Positions 12,194 through 26,300 of a DNA stretch of 64,000 nt are shown here, one piece after another (the stretch's first letter is position 1; each line of letters begins with the position of its first letter). Location: positions 43,400,001 to 43,464,000 of the forward strand of contig CM060731.1 of the NCBI GenBank assembly GCA_030704615.1, read 5' to 3'. The notes under the pieces were generated by a model that saw only the letters and a list, made by a program, of their open reading frames with translations, made no database searches and was not told the origin of the DNA. A program made the translations under genes and the position numbers. Origin of the DNA: Takakia lepidozioides (lineage: Eukaryota > Plantae > Bryophyta).

Positions 12194-12614
12194 CAGCGTA
12201 GCTACGGCGTGAGCCCAGCCCCGTGAGCCTGGGAGCTGAGCTCACGTTGAAGCTTTGAAGCGTGAGCTGAGCTCACGCTTCAGGGAAGCGTGAGCGGCAT
12301 GAATCTGCTGGAGAAGCAGGTCCTATAGGCGAGGATTGCAGGAAGAGGGCCTATTACCGTGGACAAAACAAAGGAGGCCACCATGCACCATGTCTGCAAA
12401 TGCGTGCCAAAAAAGAGGAATATGTAAATATGGCAGATTTGAGCTCAGAATGATTGACACAGTTTTTTTCAATTCACAGAGAGACGCTTACAATGAATCG
12501 CAAGTGCATTTGCCCTCGTTCCGTGAACGAAATGTATATGTTTGTCATAAAATGAAAAGTCTTCACACGGCAACCTGGAAACCAGCATGGGAAGCGGGCA
12601 TGGCTCGTATGTGT

Positions 12615-15600
12615 TCAAAGAGAAGTTGGCGGAGCTCTACGCGAGGTGTCCCGCTGCAGAAGGGTGATGACTTCTCCGTAGCCTAGTGTGGCTTGGTGAA
12701 TGAATTGGTCTCTCTTACCGTCGCAACACATAATTACAAGGTGTATGTAATATTGATGCTTGCAGGGGACCCACTTCCCTCTCATGCCGAGAGCGCCCTC
12801 ACGCATTGTTACAAAATCCGGACAAGTGCACGATGGGAAATTCCCGATGGTAACCTGATATTCTTTGGCATGAAGAACTGAGCCAATTGACAGCACTGTG
12901 TAAATCCGTCCATACCCCGGGGAAGGGACTTCGGTGATACGAGTCACCCTAGCCTGCAAAATTCTAGCCGATTCCATCTTGCATTCGTGATCTGCACCCG
13001 AAGCAACACGGCGCACTGTTTTTCCATCTCTTTTTGTTGGGTGGGAGTCGGCACCGGGTGGAGGCATTGTCGGAGCATGTGGCACATCTGTGCCGACAGT
13101 GCATAAGGGCACCACCCAGGACCGTGCAAGACAAAACCCTCCCTCCTCCAGCATGCTTATCTCGGTTGAGGACAGCGATGTCCCAATTTTCACAGGCCAA
13201 ATTGCGGGGGGAGGGGGCTTCATTATCACGGAAGGACGAACTGTTCCCTTCACGCATCGTGCCATATCGTCTGGGCAGAACCAAAACTTGTGCTCTTTTG
13301 ACTCCCCACTATGGTAAGGTCGGAACAACCCTGTGAATGTTGGAGCTGGAGTCCCCCTGGAGCCTTTGCATATTTTTGATTTGCATTTCTTGAATGAGGG
13401 GGTCCGAATTGCCATGCAAGCCACTCTAGATCCCGGTGGGGTGCGTTCTATATGCCAGTCACTATCAATGCAATCAGATTCCTGCACCATGGCCACCACC
13501 TCCTCCAATGGGATTTCCGCTGCTATGCTTGCATGTTCTGCACCTGCTCCACAGGAGGAGGACCCACCTGGGAAGGGGCCGGCACAGGACTTAGTCTGCA
13601 CTGGAGACACCTTTGGCACAGAGAAATTGACCCTGTCTGGCCTATGGGAATCTCCATCTGACCCTGGAAGAGTGTTTAATTTCCTTTTGCATGATCCAAA
13701 TCTTTCCTCGCCTTCCAAATGGGGGAGCCTGGATTGCAGAGGGGAGCCTTCAGTGCACCTGTTTAGAGCTCTGGCCATCTTTGACGGGTCTCCGGACCTA
13801 CTCGCAGCCCTTAGCATCAACAAAGTCGTATCGGGGCCCTTCCCTCCACCCCGTCCCATCAGAAAATTGCGGTACCTGGTTTGTTGTGTAAGTGCCCGCA
13901 CCATGTCATCAGCAGTGGCCACATACAAGTCACGACCTGCTTTGGTAGACTGTTGCATCCAGGCGTTGTGAACAGTCTCTGCCAAATTACACGATGGCAT
14001 GTCGGCCAAGTCCTCCAAGGACATGTCCTGCAGGAGGCATTGCATGGAAATGTGAGGAAGGAAAAGAAATGGTAGAGGTTCTTCAAGTGACAATCGAACA
14101 ACCCCAAATGAACAGGCACGATGCAAAGTGCAATTTGTGTTTAAGGAAAACTTGTGAGGCTTACCGTCGTCATGAAAGCTCCCCACTGTCTGTACCTGAA
14201 GTGCCAGAAAACCAACCAGTCCTCCAACTCCTTCAGGTGGATACCTGTAGCAGCACCAGAGGAGAACCACCAAGCCCGGATTGCCTGGTAAGTGCTCTCA
14301 GCTTCTCCCATTGAGGTGGCATTCTTGTACTTCAGACAGAGCCTTCTATGCTCCAACTGAAGGTCAGGGCGAATGCAGCGCTTTGTATGACGTGCCAGAG
14401 ATTGACTCCAATGGAAGAGGCATGTGCGCTCCCTATTTTCCATTGGGACCCTAGGATCCCCCGAACCAAACACGCGCCGCACTGCATTGAAATTTGCCTG
14501 TGCACTATCAGCCATGAAGCCCGCAAAATTTGTGTTCTGTATTCCATTGCGCTGCATGACGGTCAGGAGGGAATTCCACATGAGCATCTGGGATTCAGTG
14601 TCCTCCGACTGCATATCACAAATTGCTATGGAGAGCACACGCTGGTACGCTGGATCATACACATGGCACGCCATGGTTGTCCAACCCTTCACCCGTTTGC
14701 AGTGATCAAACATTAACCAACATTTAGCCAAATCTCCTCCAGGTTGCATTCGGCGGACAATGCTCACACCACTGCCTTGGCCCACAGCGGACATCTTGAA
14801 CAAATACACTTTGGACGAGCCCTGGCCAGGGAACATACTGTTTTGAATGAATTCATAGCGACTCCTCCGTTTGAGGTCCATAATGTTGTCCATGAATCCA
14901 GCAGTGCCTGTGCCCATTCTGAGTGCATTCACCTGGTTTCGAATATTGGGAGAGCTCAAACGGAGAAATGGTCCATGACTGCCTCAAGGGAATCTGCATC
15001 CAGCATTGGCTGTGTCGCATCCCCTTCACCCAGTATGTGTTTTTCCAGGAATGCCTTGCTAGCTGCAAGCGCTATAGCAGAAGGTGTTGCACAAGGGGCA
15101 TTGTGGAACTCTTGCTTCAGTAGATTTCTAGCGATGTCCACGCTATCCCTGCAACTCCCTTTGGACACAGGATGCTCGTGTGCACCCATATGAATGCAGG
15201 CACGAGTCATTGTCTTGCATCGATGTGCCACCTGATACATACGAGCGTGGCAAACAGAAACACAGGACGGGAAAGTTTGCAGAACCTGCACACAAAAGTA
15301 TTGGTCTTGGGAGGTGCAAGCCCTGGGGTGAAAGGATTCAGGGGCACACCTTCCCACTCACTTTCGTTTGGCTGAGCGCTGTTTCTCAGCCGAGGGCAAG
15401 AAATATTCAGGCACTTGCAATGCCCAACGCAAACCGACCTCCGAAATTTCAAGCCAATGTCGTTATGGATGTTCGACGTTTTTGTCCTGCACCAAGGATG
15501 TCCGTCATGTTTCTTGTCCATGCCCTGCAGAAGCCCAGCCAGTCCACTGGAAGACGTGGGAGGGTTGAGCTCAAACAAGATGTCCCCATCAAACTGAGCT

Positions 15601-16184
15601 GGCACGTATTGAACCCGTTGCACTGGAAGGGACTCCCAATCAACAAAACGTAGCTCGCTCTTGCACCCAGGCACACCTGCGAGGGCTTTCAATTTTGGAA
15701 TGACACTTGTTATCTCTTGCAATTCGTCATCATGCAATAAGGGAGTTTGCACTGGCGGAGGAATCTCAGAAACATCCTCCGAGGACGAGTCCGAAAGAGT
15801 CACGAAGGTAGTGGATGTGCTCACCTCTTGTTTCACAGGAACTGTGCCCTTCTGTTGCACGACCGATGCTGCAGTGCCAGGGGTAACGACTGATCCTGCT
15901 GATTGTCTTCTCTCTTTTCCAAGGACACGGTATGTTCCTGGAAGGACTCTCCACTTCCTTCCACACTCGCCAACCAAGGGTTTCTCCAAGTGCCCAGAAT
16001 CCAAATTCCCATCATCGTCATACACCTCTTTCTGAACAAGCAGAGAACCCAACTCCAGCGGGAACACTGTAACCAGCTCATCCTCATGAACAACTGCATA
16101 CCCATCGTCGTCTGCAGTGGCAGTCAGTGGAAGAGTACCTGCATTGGAATGGAATCGAGCGAGTGCATCTCGCTCCCTCGACAT
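12615..16184 (-). CDS. MULE-type DDE transposase (~1,140 aa) with N-terminal GCM/WRKY-like zinc domain and C-terminal SWIM finger; intron 14028-14164; two 1-bp frameshifts (~15270, ~14960)
   Basis: WCRTKTSN..CVGHCKC...CRFC...C...HMGAHEHP; MFDH (D1), FMADSAQA (D2), CLFH (CxxH), CNLAETVH (E); SWIM CTCPDF...CKH. GT-AG intron joins the frames. Start codon tentative. Confidence 0.88.
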
Positions 16185-17519
16185 GTTTTCCATCACTGAA
16201 CGAAACTGGCGATTCAGAACGGAATCCCCGAACTGAGAGCCCGTAATTATCGAAAGTGGAAATACCACCAGCAAACTGAGGTCAACAAGGGTAGCACCAA
16301 ACCAAAGGCTGCCGGCGATGCATGCCAAGGATGTAGGGATGACGTGCACCTTCACCTCCCACCAACCAGAAAAACCGTTTTGAAAGACCAGAGCCACAAG
16401 AAGCCGTGCTGTTTTTGGATGGAAAACAAACCCTGAAAATGACATGAAACCATCCATTATGAAATGACGGCAACAACCCTGGAGAGAGCAGTAAACAGGA
16501 AGATCCGATTGTAATGAGATTGTGTTGCGCCAGAATAGCACAGAACAAACACTGACACTCCAAGAGATACCTCGCACGAATGTGTGCAACACATGGTCAT
16601 ATCCGACAAAATCCTTTATACCGAATGACCCCATGGGGACGGTCACGGCATAAAAAAAACCACAGGGCATGCAGTACAACACACGTGGATGCATATGTGA
16701 AGCATAACAATTATTGCGAATCTGGAAGAACTGCTCGGAATTGAAAAAGCACTACATTTCTACGGCACATTCGAATTTGAAAGAAGGCAAGGAGGCCGCC
16801 ATGTATTGGCAGGCGGCGAAGTACATCTGACATATATCGCAAATGCATGCAACGGATGTTCTTTTTCTTCGGCGCTTATTAGCTGGGTAATACAAAGACG
16901 CCAAAATGGATGAATTCCGTTCGCACACAATATCAACACCCGCATCCAAATACGGTTGACAACGTCCATTTTTATTTTTGTTACATGCGATACCAGGACT
17001 TGTTGCAAACGTCAAACTGGAGAGCTCCAGGGGCATCGTGGGGAGCCCTTGTTTCCAGCGGAGGAGAAAGAGAAGGAAGTCATTATACTTCACGAGTTCT
17101 AGAAACAGGAATAGAGCTAGATATAGAATGAGGATGGAAAGAGTGGAGGAAGAGGAAAAGGAGGAAGAAGAGGGAATACAGGAAAGTGTGGCGATGGAGG
17201 AGCAGGAATCTGGAGAAGAACAACAACAACCAACATAGTTCCAGGAACAGGCGAGGAGGACACTGCGTCTGAGGGAGAGACAGACGACATGGAGGAAGAT
17301 GTTGACACTGGCCTCACGAAGAATCTGACCACGGGAAAGAGGAAGGGGGAGAGGCTCACCTACATAGTCGGCGAAGAGAGCAGCCCGAAGCGGAAAGGGT
17401 CCCCGGCAACTGGGGAGTCTTCTCGAGTACCTACGAAAAAGGTAAAATCTACAGGACCCACATTTGTGAAGAATTCGGCTTTCAATGGCAGGTATTTGAG
17501 AAAGAAAGAACCATTCAGT

Positions 17520-20500
17520 GGCAGCTCAAACAGTGTGCGTTGCCGCACACTGTTTGAGCTGCACAAGTCACTGTTTAAGGGTGCAAAATTCTTCCTTCAA
17601 CGACACCTTTCTGAGGATGAAATGAACCCCGCACTTCCAACTCAAACAGTGTGCGGCAACGCACACTGTTTGAGCAGATCTTCTCAATGTTTTAGGGTGC
17701 AAAATTTGGCCTTGGAGTCAGTTATCTGCGGGTGAAATGAACCCTTCACTGCCAGCCCAAACAGTGTGCGGCAACGCACACTGTTTGAGCTGAACATTTC
17801 AATGTTTTAGGGTGCGAAATTTGGACTTCAGGGGCACCTTTCTGAGGATGGAATGAACCCTGCACTGCCAGCTCAAACAGTGTGCGGCAACGCACACTGT
17901 TTGAGCTGAACATTTCAATGTTTTAGGGTGCAAAATTTGGACTGCAGGGGCACCTATGTGAGGATGAAATGAACCTTTCACTGTCAGCCCAAACAGTGTG
18001 CGGCAACGCACACTGTTTGAGCTGAACATTTCAATGTTTTAGGGTGCAAAATTTGGTCTTGCTGTCTGTTATCTGAGGGTGAAATGAACCCTTCACTGCC
18101 AGCTCAAACAGTGTGCGGCAACGCACACTGTTTGAGCTGAACATTTCAATGTTTCAGGGTGCAAAATTTGGACTTCAGGGGCACCTATCTTAGGGTGAAA
18201 TGAACCCTTCACTGCCAGCTCAGACAGTGTGCGGCAACGCACACTGTTTGAGCTGAACATTTCAATGTTTCAGGGTGCAAAATTTGGACTTCAGGGGCAC
18301 CTATCTTAAGGTGAAATGAACCCTTCACTGCCAGCTCAGACAGTGTGCGGCAACGCACACTGTTTGAGCTGAACATTTCAATGTTTCAGGGTGCAAAATT
18401 TGGACTTCAGGGGCACCTATATGAGGATGAAATGAACCCTTCACTGTCAGCCCAAACAGTGTGCGGCAACGCACACTGTTTGAGCTGAACATTTCAATGT
18501 TTTAGGGTGCAAAATTTGGTCTTGCTGTCTGTTATCTGAGGGTGAAATGAACCCTTCACTGCCAGCTCAAACAGTGTGCGGCAACGCACACTGTTTGAGC
18601 TGAACATTTCAATGTTTCAGGGTGCAAAATTTGGACTTCAGGGGCACCTATCTGAGGGTGAAATGAACCCTTCACTGCCAGCTCAGACAGTGTGCGGCAA
18701 CGCACACTGTTTGAGCTGAACATTTCAATGTTTCAGGGTGCAAAATTTGGACTTCAGGGGCACCTATCTTAAGGTGAAATGAACCCTTCACTGCCAGCTC
18801 AGACAGTGTGCGGCAACGCACACTGTTTGAGCTGAACATTTCAATGTTTCAGGGTGCAAAATTTGGACTTCAGGGGCACCTATAATAGGATGAAATGAAC
18901 CCTTCACTGTCAGCTCAAACAGTGTGCGGCAACGCACACTGTTTGAGCTGAACATTTCAATGTTCTAGGGTGCAAAATTTGGTCTTCAGGGTATGTTATC
19001 TGAGGTTGAAATGAACCCTTCACAACCAGCTCAAACAGTGTGCGGCAACGCACACTGTTTGAGCTGATTTTTTCAATGTTTTAGGGTGCAAAATTTGGTC
19101 TTGCTGTCTGTTATCTGAGGGTGAAATGAACCCTTCACTGCTAGCTCAAACAGTGTGCGGCACCGCACACTGTTTGAGCTGAACATTTCAATGTTTAAGG
19201 GTGCAAAATTTGGACTTCAGGGGCACCTATATTAGGATGAAATGAACCCTTCACTGTCAGCCCAAACAGTGTGCGGCAACGCACACTGTTTGAGCTGAAC
19301 ATTTCAATGTTTTAGGGTGCAAAATTTGGTCTTGCTGTCTGTTATCTGAGGGTGAAATGAACCCTTCAATGCCAGCTCAGACAGTGTGCGGCAACGCACA
19401 CTGTTTGAGCTGAACATTTCAATGTTTCAGGGTGCAAAATTTGGACTTCAGGGGCACCTATCTTAGGGTGAAATGAACCCTTCACTGCCAGCTCAGACAG
19501 TGTGCGGCAACGCACACTGTTTAGCTGAACATTTCAATGTTTCAGGGTGCAAAATTTGGACTTCAGGGGCACCTATAATAGGATGAAATGAACCCTTCAC
19601 TGTCAGCCCAAACAGTGTGCGGCAACGCACACTGTTTGAGCTGAACATTTCAATGTTTTAGGGTGCAAAATTTGGTCTTGCTGTCTGTTATCTGAGGGTG
19701 AAATGAACCCTTCACTGCCAGCTCAGACAGTGTGCGGCAACGCACACTGTTTGAGCTGAACATTTCAATGTTTCAGGGTGCAAAATTTGGACTTCAGGGG
19801 CACCTATCTAGAGGTGAAATGAACCCTTCACTGCCAGCTCAGACAGTGTGCGGCAACGCACACTGTTTGAGCTGAACATTTCAATGTTTCAGGGTGCAAA
19901 ATTTGGACTTCAGGGGCACCTATCTTAGGGTGAAATGAACCCTTCACTGCCAGCTCAAACAGTGTGCGGCAACGCACACTGTTTGAGCTGAACATTTCAA
20001 TGTTTCAGGGTGCAAAATTTGGACTTCAGGGGCACCTATAATAGGATGAAATGAACCCTTCACTGTCAGCCCAAACAGTGTGCGGCAACGCACACTGTTT
20101 GAGCTGAACATTTCAATGTTTTAGGGTGCAAAATTTGGTCTTGCTGGTCTGTTATCTGAGGGTGAAATGAACCCTTCACTGCCAGCTCAGACAGTGTGCG
20201 GCAACGCACACTGTTTGAGCTGAACATTTCAATGTTTTAGGGTGCAAAATTTGGACTTCAGGGGCACCTATCTGAGGGTGAAATGAACCCTTCACTGCCA
20301 GCTCAAACAGTGTGCGGCAACGCACACTGTTTGAGCTGAACATTTCAATGTTTCAGGGTGCAAAATTTGGACTTCAGGGGCACCTATAATATGATGAAAT
20401 GAACCCTTCACTGTCAGCCCAAACAGTGTGCGGCAACGCACACTGTTTGAGCTGAACATTTCAATGTTTTAGGGTGCAAAATTTGGTCTTGCTGTCTGTT

Positions 20501-23500
20501 ATCTGAGGGTGAAATGAACCCTTCACTTCCAGCTCAGACAGTGTGCGGCAACGCACACTGTTTGAGCTGAACATTTCAATGTTTTAGGGTGCAAAATTTG
20601 GACTTCAGGGGCACCTATCTGAGGGTGAAATGAACCCTTCACTGCCAGCTCAGACATTGTGCGGCAACGCACACTGTTTGAGCTGAACATTTCAATGTTT
20701 CAGGGTGCAAAATTTGGACTTCAGGGCACCTATCTTAGGGTGAAATGAACCCTTCACTGCCAGCTCAGACAGTGTGCGGCAACGCACACTGTTTGAGCTG
20801 AACATTTCAATGTTTCAGGGTGCAAAATTTGGACTTCAGGGGCATCTATAATAGGATGAAATGAACCCTTCACTGTCAGCCCAAACAGTGTGCGGCAACG
20901 CACACTGTTTGAGCTGAACATTTCAATGTTTAGGGTGCAAAATTTGGACTTCAGGGTGACCTCTTGAGGATGAAATGAACCCTTCACTGTCAGCTCAAAC
21001 AGTGTGCGGCAACGCACACTGTTTGAGCTGAACATTTCAATGTTCTAGGGTGCAAAATTTGGTCTTCAGGGTTATGTTATTGAGGTTGAAATGAACCCTT
21101 CACAACCAGCTCAAACAGTGTGCGGCAACGCACACTGTTTGAGCAGATCTATTCAATGTTTTAGGGTGCAAAATTTGGTCTTGCTGTCTGTTATCTGAGG
21201 GTGAAATGAACCCTTCACTGCCAGCTCAGACAGTGTGCGGCAACGCACACTGTTTGAGCTGAACATTTCAATGTTTCAGGGTGCAAAATTTGGACTTCAG
21301 GGGCACCTATCTTAGGTGTGAAATGAACCCTTCACTGCCAGCTCAGACAGTGTGCGGCAACGCACACTGTTTGAGCTGAACATTTCAATGTTTCAGGGTG
21401 CAAAATTTGGACTTCAGGGGCACCTATCTGAGGGTGAAATGAACCCTTCACTGCCAGCTCAGACAGTGTGCGGCAACGCACACTGTTTGAGCTGAACATT
21501 TCAATGTTTCAGGGTGCAAAATTTGGACTTCACGGGCACCTATAATAGGATGAAATGAACCCTTCACTGTCAGCCCAAACAGTGTGCGGCAACGTACACT
21601 GTTTGAGCTGAACATTTCAATGTTTTAGGGTGCAAAATTTGGACTTGCTGTCTGTTATCTGAGGGTGAAATGAACCCTTCACTGCCAGCTCAGACAGTGT
21701 GCGGCAACGCACACTGTTTGAGCTGAACATTTCAATGTTTTAGGGTGCAAAATTTGGACTTGCTGTCTGTTATCTGAGGGTGAAATGAACCCTTCACTGC
21801 CAGCTCAGACAGTGTGCGGCAACGCACACTGTTTGAGCTGAACATTTCAATGTTTCACGGGTGCAAAATTTGGACTTCAGGGGCACCTATCTTAGAGTGA
21901 AATGAACCCTTCACTGCCAGCTCAAACAGTGTGGCAACGCACACTGTTTGAGCTGAACATTTCAATGTTTCAGGGTGCAAAATTTGGACTTCAGGGGCAC
22001 CTATCTTAGGGTGAAATGAACCCTTCACTGCCAGCTCAGACAGTGTGCGGCAACGCACACTGTTTGAGCTGAACATTTCAATGTTTCAGGGTGCAAAATT
22101 TGGACTTCAGGGGCATCTATAATAGGATGAAATGAACCCTTCACTGTCAGCCCAAACAGTGTGCGGCAACGCACACTGTTTGAGCTGAACATTTCAATGT
22201 TTAGGGTGCAAAATTTGGTCTTGCTGTCTGTTATCTGAGGGTGAAATGAACCCTTCACTGCCAGCTCAGACAGTGTGCGGCAACGCACACTGTTTGAGCT
22301 GAACATTTCAATGTTTTAGGGTGCAAAATTTGGACTTCAGGGGCACCTATCTTAGGGTGAAATGAACCCTTCACTGCCAGCTCAGATAGTGTGCGGCAAC
22401 GCACACTGTTTGAGCTGAACATTTCAATGTTTCAGGGTGCAAAATTTGGACTTCAGGTGCACCTATAATATGATGAAATGAACCCTTCACTGTCAGCCCA
22501 AACAGTGTGCGGCAACGCACACTGTTTGAGCTGAACATTTCAATGTTTTATGGTGCAAAATTTGGTCTTGCTGTCTGTTATCTGAGGGTGAAATGAACCC
22601 TTCACTTCCAGGTCAGACAGTGTGCGGCAACGCACACTGTTTGAGCTGAACATTTCAATGTTTTAGGGTGCAAAATTTGGACTTCAGGGGCACCTATCTT
22701 AGGGTGAAATGAACCCTTCACTGCCAGCTCAGACAGTGTGCGGCAACGCACACTGTTTGAGCTGAACATTTCAATGTTTCAGGGAGCAAAATTTGGACTT
22801 CACGGGCACCTCTAATAGGATGAAATGAACCCTTCACTGTCAGCCCAAACAGTGTGCGGCAACGCACACTGTTTGAGCTGAACATTTCAATGTTTCTGGG
22901 TGCAAAATTTGGATTTCAGGGGCACCTGTTTGAGGATGAAATGAACCCTTCACTGTCAGCCCAAACAGTGTGCGGCAACACACACTGTTTGAGCTGATCA
23001 TTTCAATGTTTCTCGGTGCAAAATTTGGACTTCAGGGTGACCTGCTTGAGGATGAAATGAACCCTTCACTGTCAGCTCAAATAGTGTGCGGCAACGCACA
23101 CTGTTTGAGCTGAACATTTCAATGTTCTAGGGTGCAAAATTTGGTCTTCAGGGTATGTTATCTGAGGTTGAAATGAACCCTTCACAACCAGCTCAAACAG
23201 TGTGCGGCAACGCACACTGTTTGAGCAGATCTTTTCAATGTTTTAGGGTGCAAAATTTGGTCTTGCTGTCTGTTATCTGAGGGTGAAATGAACCCTTCAC
23301 TACTAGCTCAGACAGTGTGCGGCAACGCACACTGTTTGAGCTGAACATTTCAATGTTTCAGGGTGCAAAATTTGGACTTCAGGGGCACCTATCTTAGGGT
23401 GAAATGAACCCTTCACTGCCAGCTCAGACAGTGTGCGGCAACGCACACCGTTTGAGCTGAACATTTCAATGTTTCAGGGTGCAAAATTTGGACTTCAGGG

Positions 23501-26300
23501 GCACCTATCTTAGGGTGAAATGAACCCTTCACTGCCAGCTCAGACAGTGTGCGGCAATGCACACTGTTTGAGCTGAACATTTCAATGTTTCAGGGTGCAA
23601 AATTTGGACTTCACGGGCACCTATAATAGGATGAAATGAACCCTTCACTGTCAGCCCAAACAGTGTGCGGCAACGTACACTGTTTGAGCTGAACATTTCA
23701 ATGTTTTAGGGTGCAAAATTTGGTCTTGCTGTCTGTTATCTGAGGGTGAAATGAACCCTTCACTGCAAGCTCAGACAGTGTGCGGCAACGCACACTGTTT
23801 GAGCTGAACATTTCAATGTTTCAGGGTGCAAAATTTGGACTTCAGGGGCACCTATCTTAGAGTGAAATGAACCCTTCACTGCCAGCTCAGACAGTGTGCG
23901 GCAACGCACACTGTTTGAGCTGAACATTTCAATGTTTCAGGGTGCAAAATTTGGACTTCAGGGGCACCTATATATGATGAAATGAACCCTTCACTGTCAG
24001 CCCAAGCAGTGTGCGGCAACGCATACTGTTTGAGCTGAACATTTCAATGTTTCTGGGTGCAAAATTTGGACTTCAGGGGCACCTGTTTGAGGATGAAATG
24101 AACCCTTCACTGTCAGCCCAAACAGTGTGCGGCAACACACACTGTTTGAGCTGAACATTTCAATGTTTCTGGGTGCAAAATTTGGACTTCAGGGTAACCT
24201 GCTTGAGGATGAAATGAACCCTTCACTGTCAGCCCAAACAGTGTGCGGCAACGCACACTGTTTGAGCTGAACATTTCAATGTTCTAGGGTGCAAAATTTG
24301 GTCTTCAGGGTATATTATCTGAGGTTGAAATGAACCCTTCACAACCAGCTCAAACAGTGTGCGGCAACGCACACTAATTGAGCAGATCTTTTCAATGTTT
24401 TAGGGTGCAAAATTTGGTCTTGCTGTCTGTTATCTGAGGGTGAAATGAACCCTTCACTGCTAGCTCAGACAGTGTGCGGCAACGCACACTGTTTGAACTG
24501 AACATTTCAATGTTTCAGGGTGCAAAATTTGGACTTCAGGGGCACCTATCTTAGGGTGAAATGAACCCTTCACTGCCAGCTCAGATAGTGTGCGACAACG
24601 CACACTGTTTGAGCGGAACATTTCAATGTTTCAGGGTGCAAAATTTGGACTTCAGGGGCACCTATCTTAGGGTGAAATGAACCCTTCACTGCCAGCTCAG
24701 ACAGTGTGCGGCAACGCACACTGTTTGAGCTGAACATTTCATTGTTTCAGGGTGCAAAATTTGGTTTGAGCTGAATATTTCAATGTTTTAGGGTGCAAAA
24801 TTTGGTCTTGCTGTCTGTTATCTGAGGGTGAAATGAACCCTTCACTGCCAGCTCAGATAGTGTGCGGCAACGCACACTGTTTGAGCTGAACATTTCAATG
24901 TTTCAGGGTGCAAAATTTGGACTTCAGGGGCACCTATCTTAGAGTGAAATGAACCCTTCACTGCCAGCTCAGACAGTGTGCGGCAACGCACACTGTTTGA
25001 GCTGAACATTTCAATGTTTCAGGGTGCAAAATTTGGACTTCAGGGGCACCTATAATAGGATGAAATGAACCTTTCACTGTCAGCCCAAACAGTGTGCGGC
25101 AACGCACACTGTTTGAGCTGAACATTTCAATGTGTTAGGGTGCAAAATTTGGTCTTGTTGTCTGTTATCTGAGGGTGAAATGAACCCTTCACTGCCAGCT
25201 CAGACAGTGTGCGGCAACGCACACTGTTAGAGCTGAACATTTCAATGTTTCAGGGTGCAAAATTTGGACTTCAGGGGCACCTATCTTAGGGTGAAATGAA
25301 CCCTTCACTGCCAGCTGAGACAGTGTGCGGCAACGCGCACTGTTTGAGCTCAACATTTCAATGTTTCATGGTGCAAAATTTGGACTTCAAATAGGATGAA
25401 ATGAACCCTTCACTGTCAGCCCAAACAGTGTGCGGCAACGCACACTGTTTGAGCTGAACATTTCAATGTTTCAGGGTGCAAAATTTAGACTTCAGGGGCA
25501 CCTATGTGAGGATGAAATGAACCTTTCATTGTCAGCCAAAACAGTATGCGGCAACGCACACTGTTTGAGCTGAACATTTCAATGTTTTAGGGTGCAAAAT
25601 TTGGTCTTGCTGTCTGTTATCTGAGGTTGAAATGAACCCTTCACAACCAGCTCACACAATGTGCGGCAACGCACACTGTTTGAGCAGATCTTTTCAATGT
25701 TTTAGGGTGCAAAATTTGGTCTTGCTGTCTGTTATCTAGGGGTGAAATGAACCCTTCACTGCCAGCTCAGAAAGTGTGCGGCAACGCACACTGTTTGAGC
25801 TGAACATTTCAATGTTTCAGGGTGCAAAATTTGGACTTCAGGGGCACCTATAATAGGATGAAATGAACCCTTCACTGTCAACCCAAACAGTGTGCGGCAA
25901 CGCACACTGTTTGAGATGAACATTTCATTGTGTCTGGGTGCAAAATTTGGACTTCAGGGGCACCTATGTGAGGATGAAATGAACCTTTCACTGTCAGCCC
26001 AAACAGTGTGCGGCAACGCACACTATTTGAGCTGAACATTTCAATGTTTTAGGGTGCAAAATTTGGTCTTCAGTGTAACATTTCTGGGGATAAAATGAAT
26101 CCTTCACTGTCAGCTCAAACAGTCTGCGGAACCGCACACTGTTTAGGCAGAACATATCAATATTGAAGGGCGCAACCTTTGGCCCTCATGGGCACATATA
26201 TGAGGATGAAATGAATCATTTACTGCCAGCTCAAACAGTGTGCGGCAACGCACACTGTTTGAGCAGAACTTTTCAATGTTCTTTCCCTGTGAAAATCGGG
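17520..26300 (+). repeat. Tandem array of a 116-bp unit, ~75 copies, each with hairpin CAGCTCAAACAGTGTGCG-GCAA-CGCACACTGTTTGAGCTG
   Basis: Loop GCAA at 17771, 17887, 18003 (period 116). First hairpin at 17522-17561 is in the opposite orientation. Confidence 0.97.

Noticed and set aside
13333-15653. Long antisense ORFs opposite the transposase (and 62522-63238 opposite the ParB exon)
   Set aside because: Shadow frames of GC-rich coding sequence with no recognisable motifs.
17690-26060. Plant telomere motif TTTAGGG in many array units
   Set aside because: Single non-tandem heptamer in only some units, replaced by TTCTGGG in M2; not telomeric.
17520-26300. CRISPR array or guide-RNA array (hairpin repeat plus variable segment)
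   Set aside because: The variable part has only ~5 related, recurring variants rather than unique spacers, the constant part is ~95 bp, there are no cas genes, and the context is eukaryotic.
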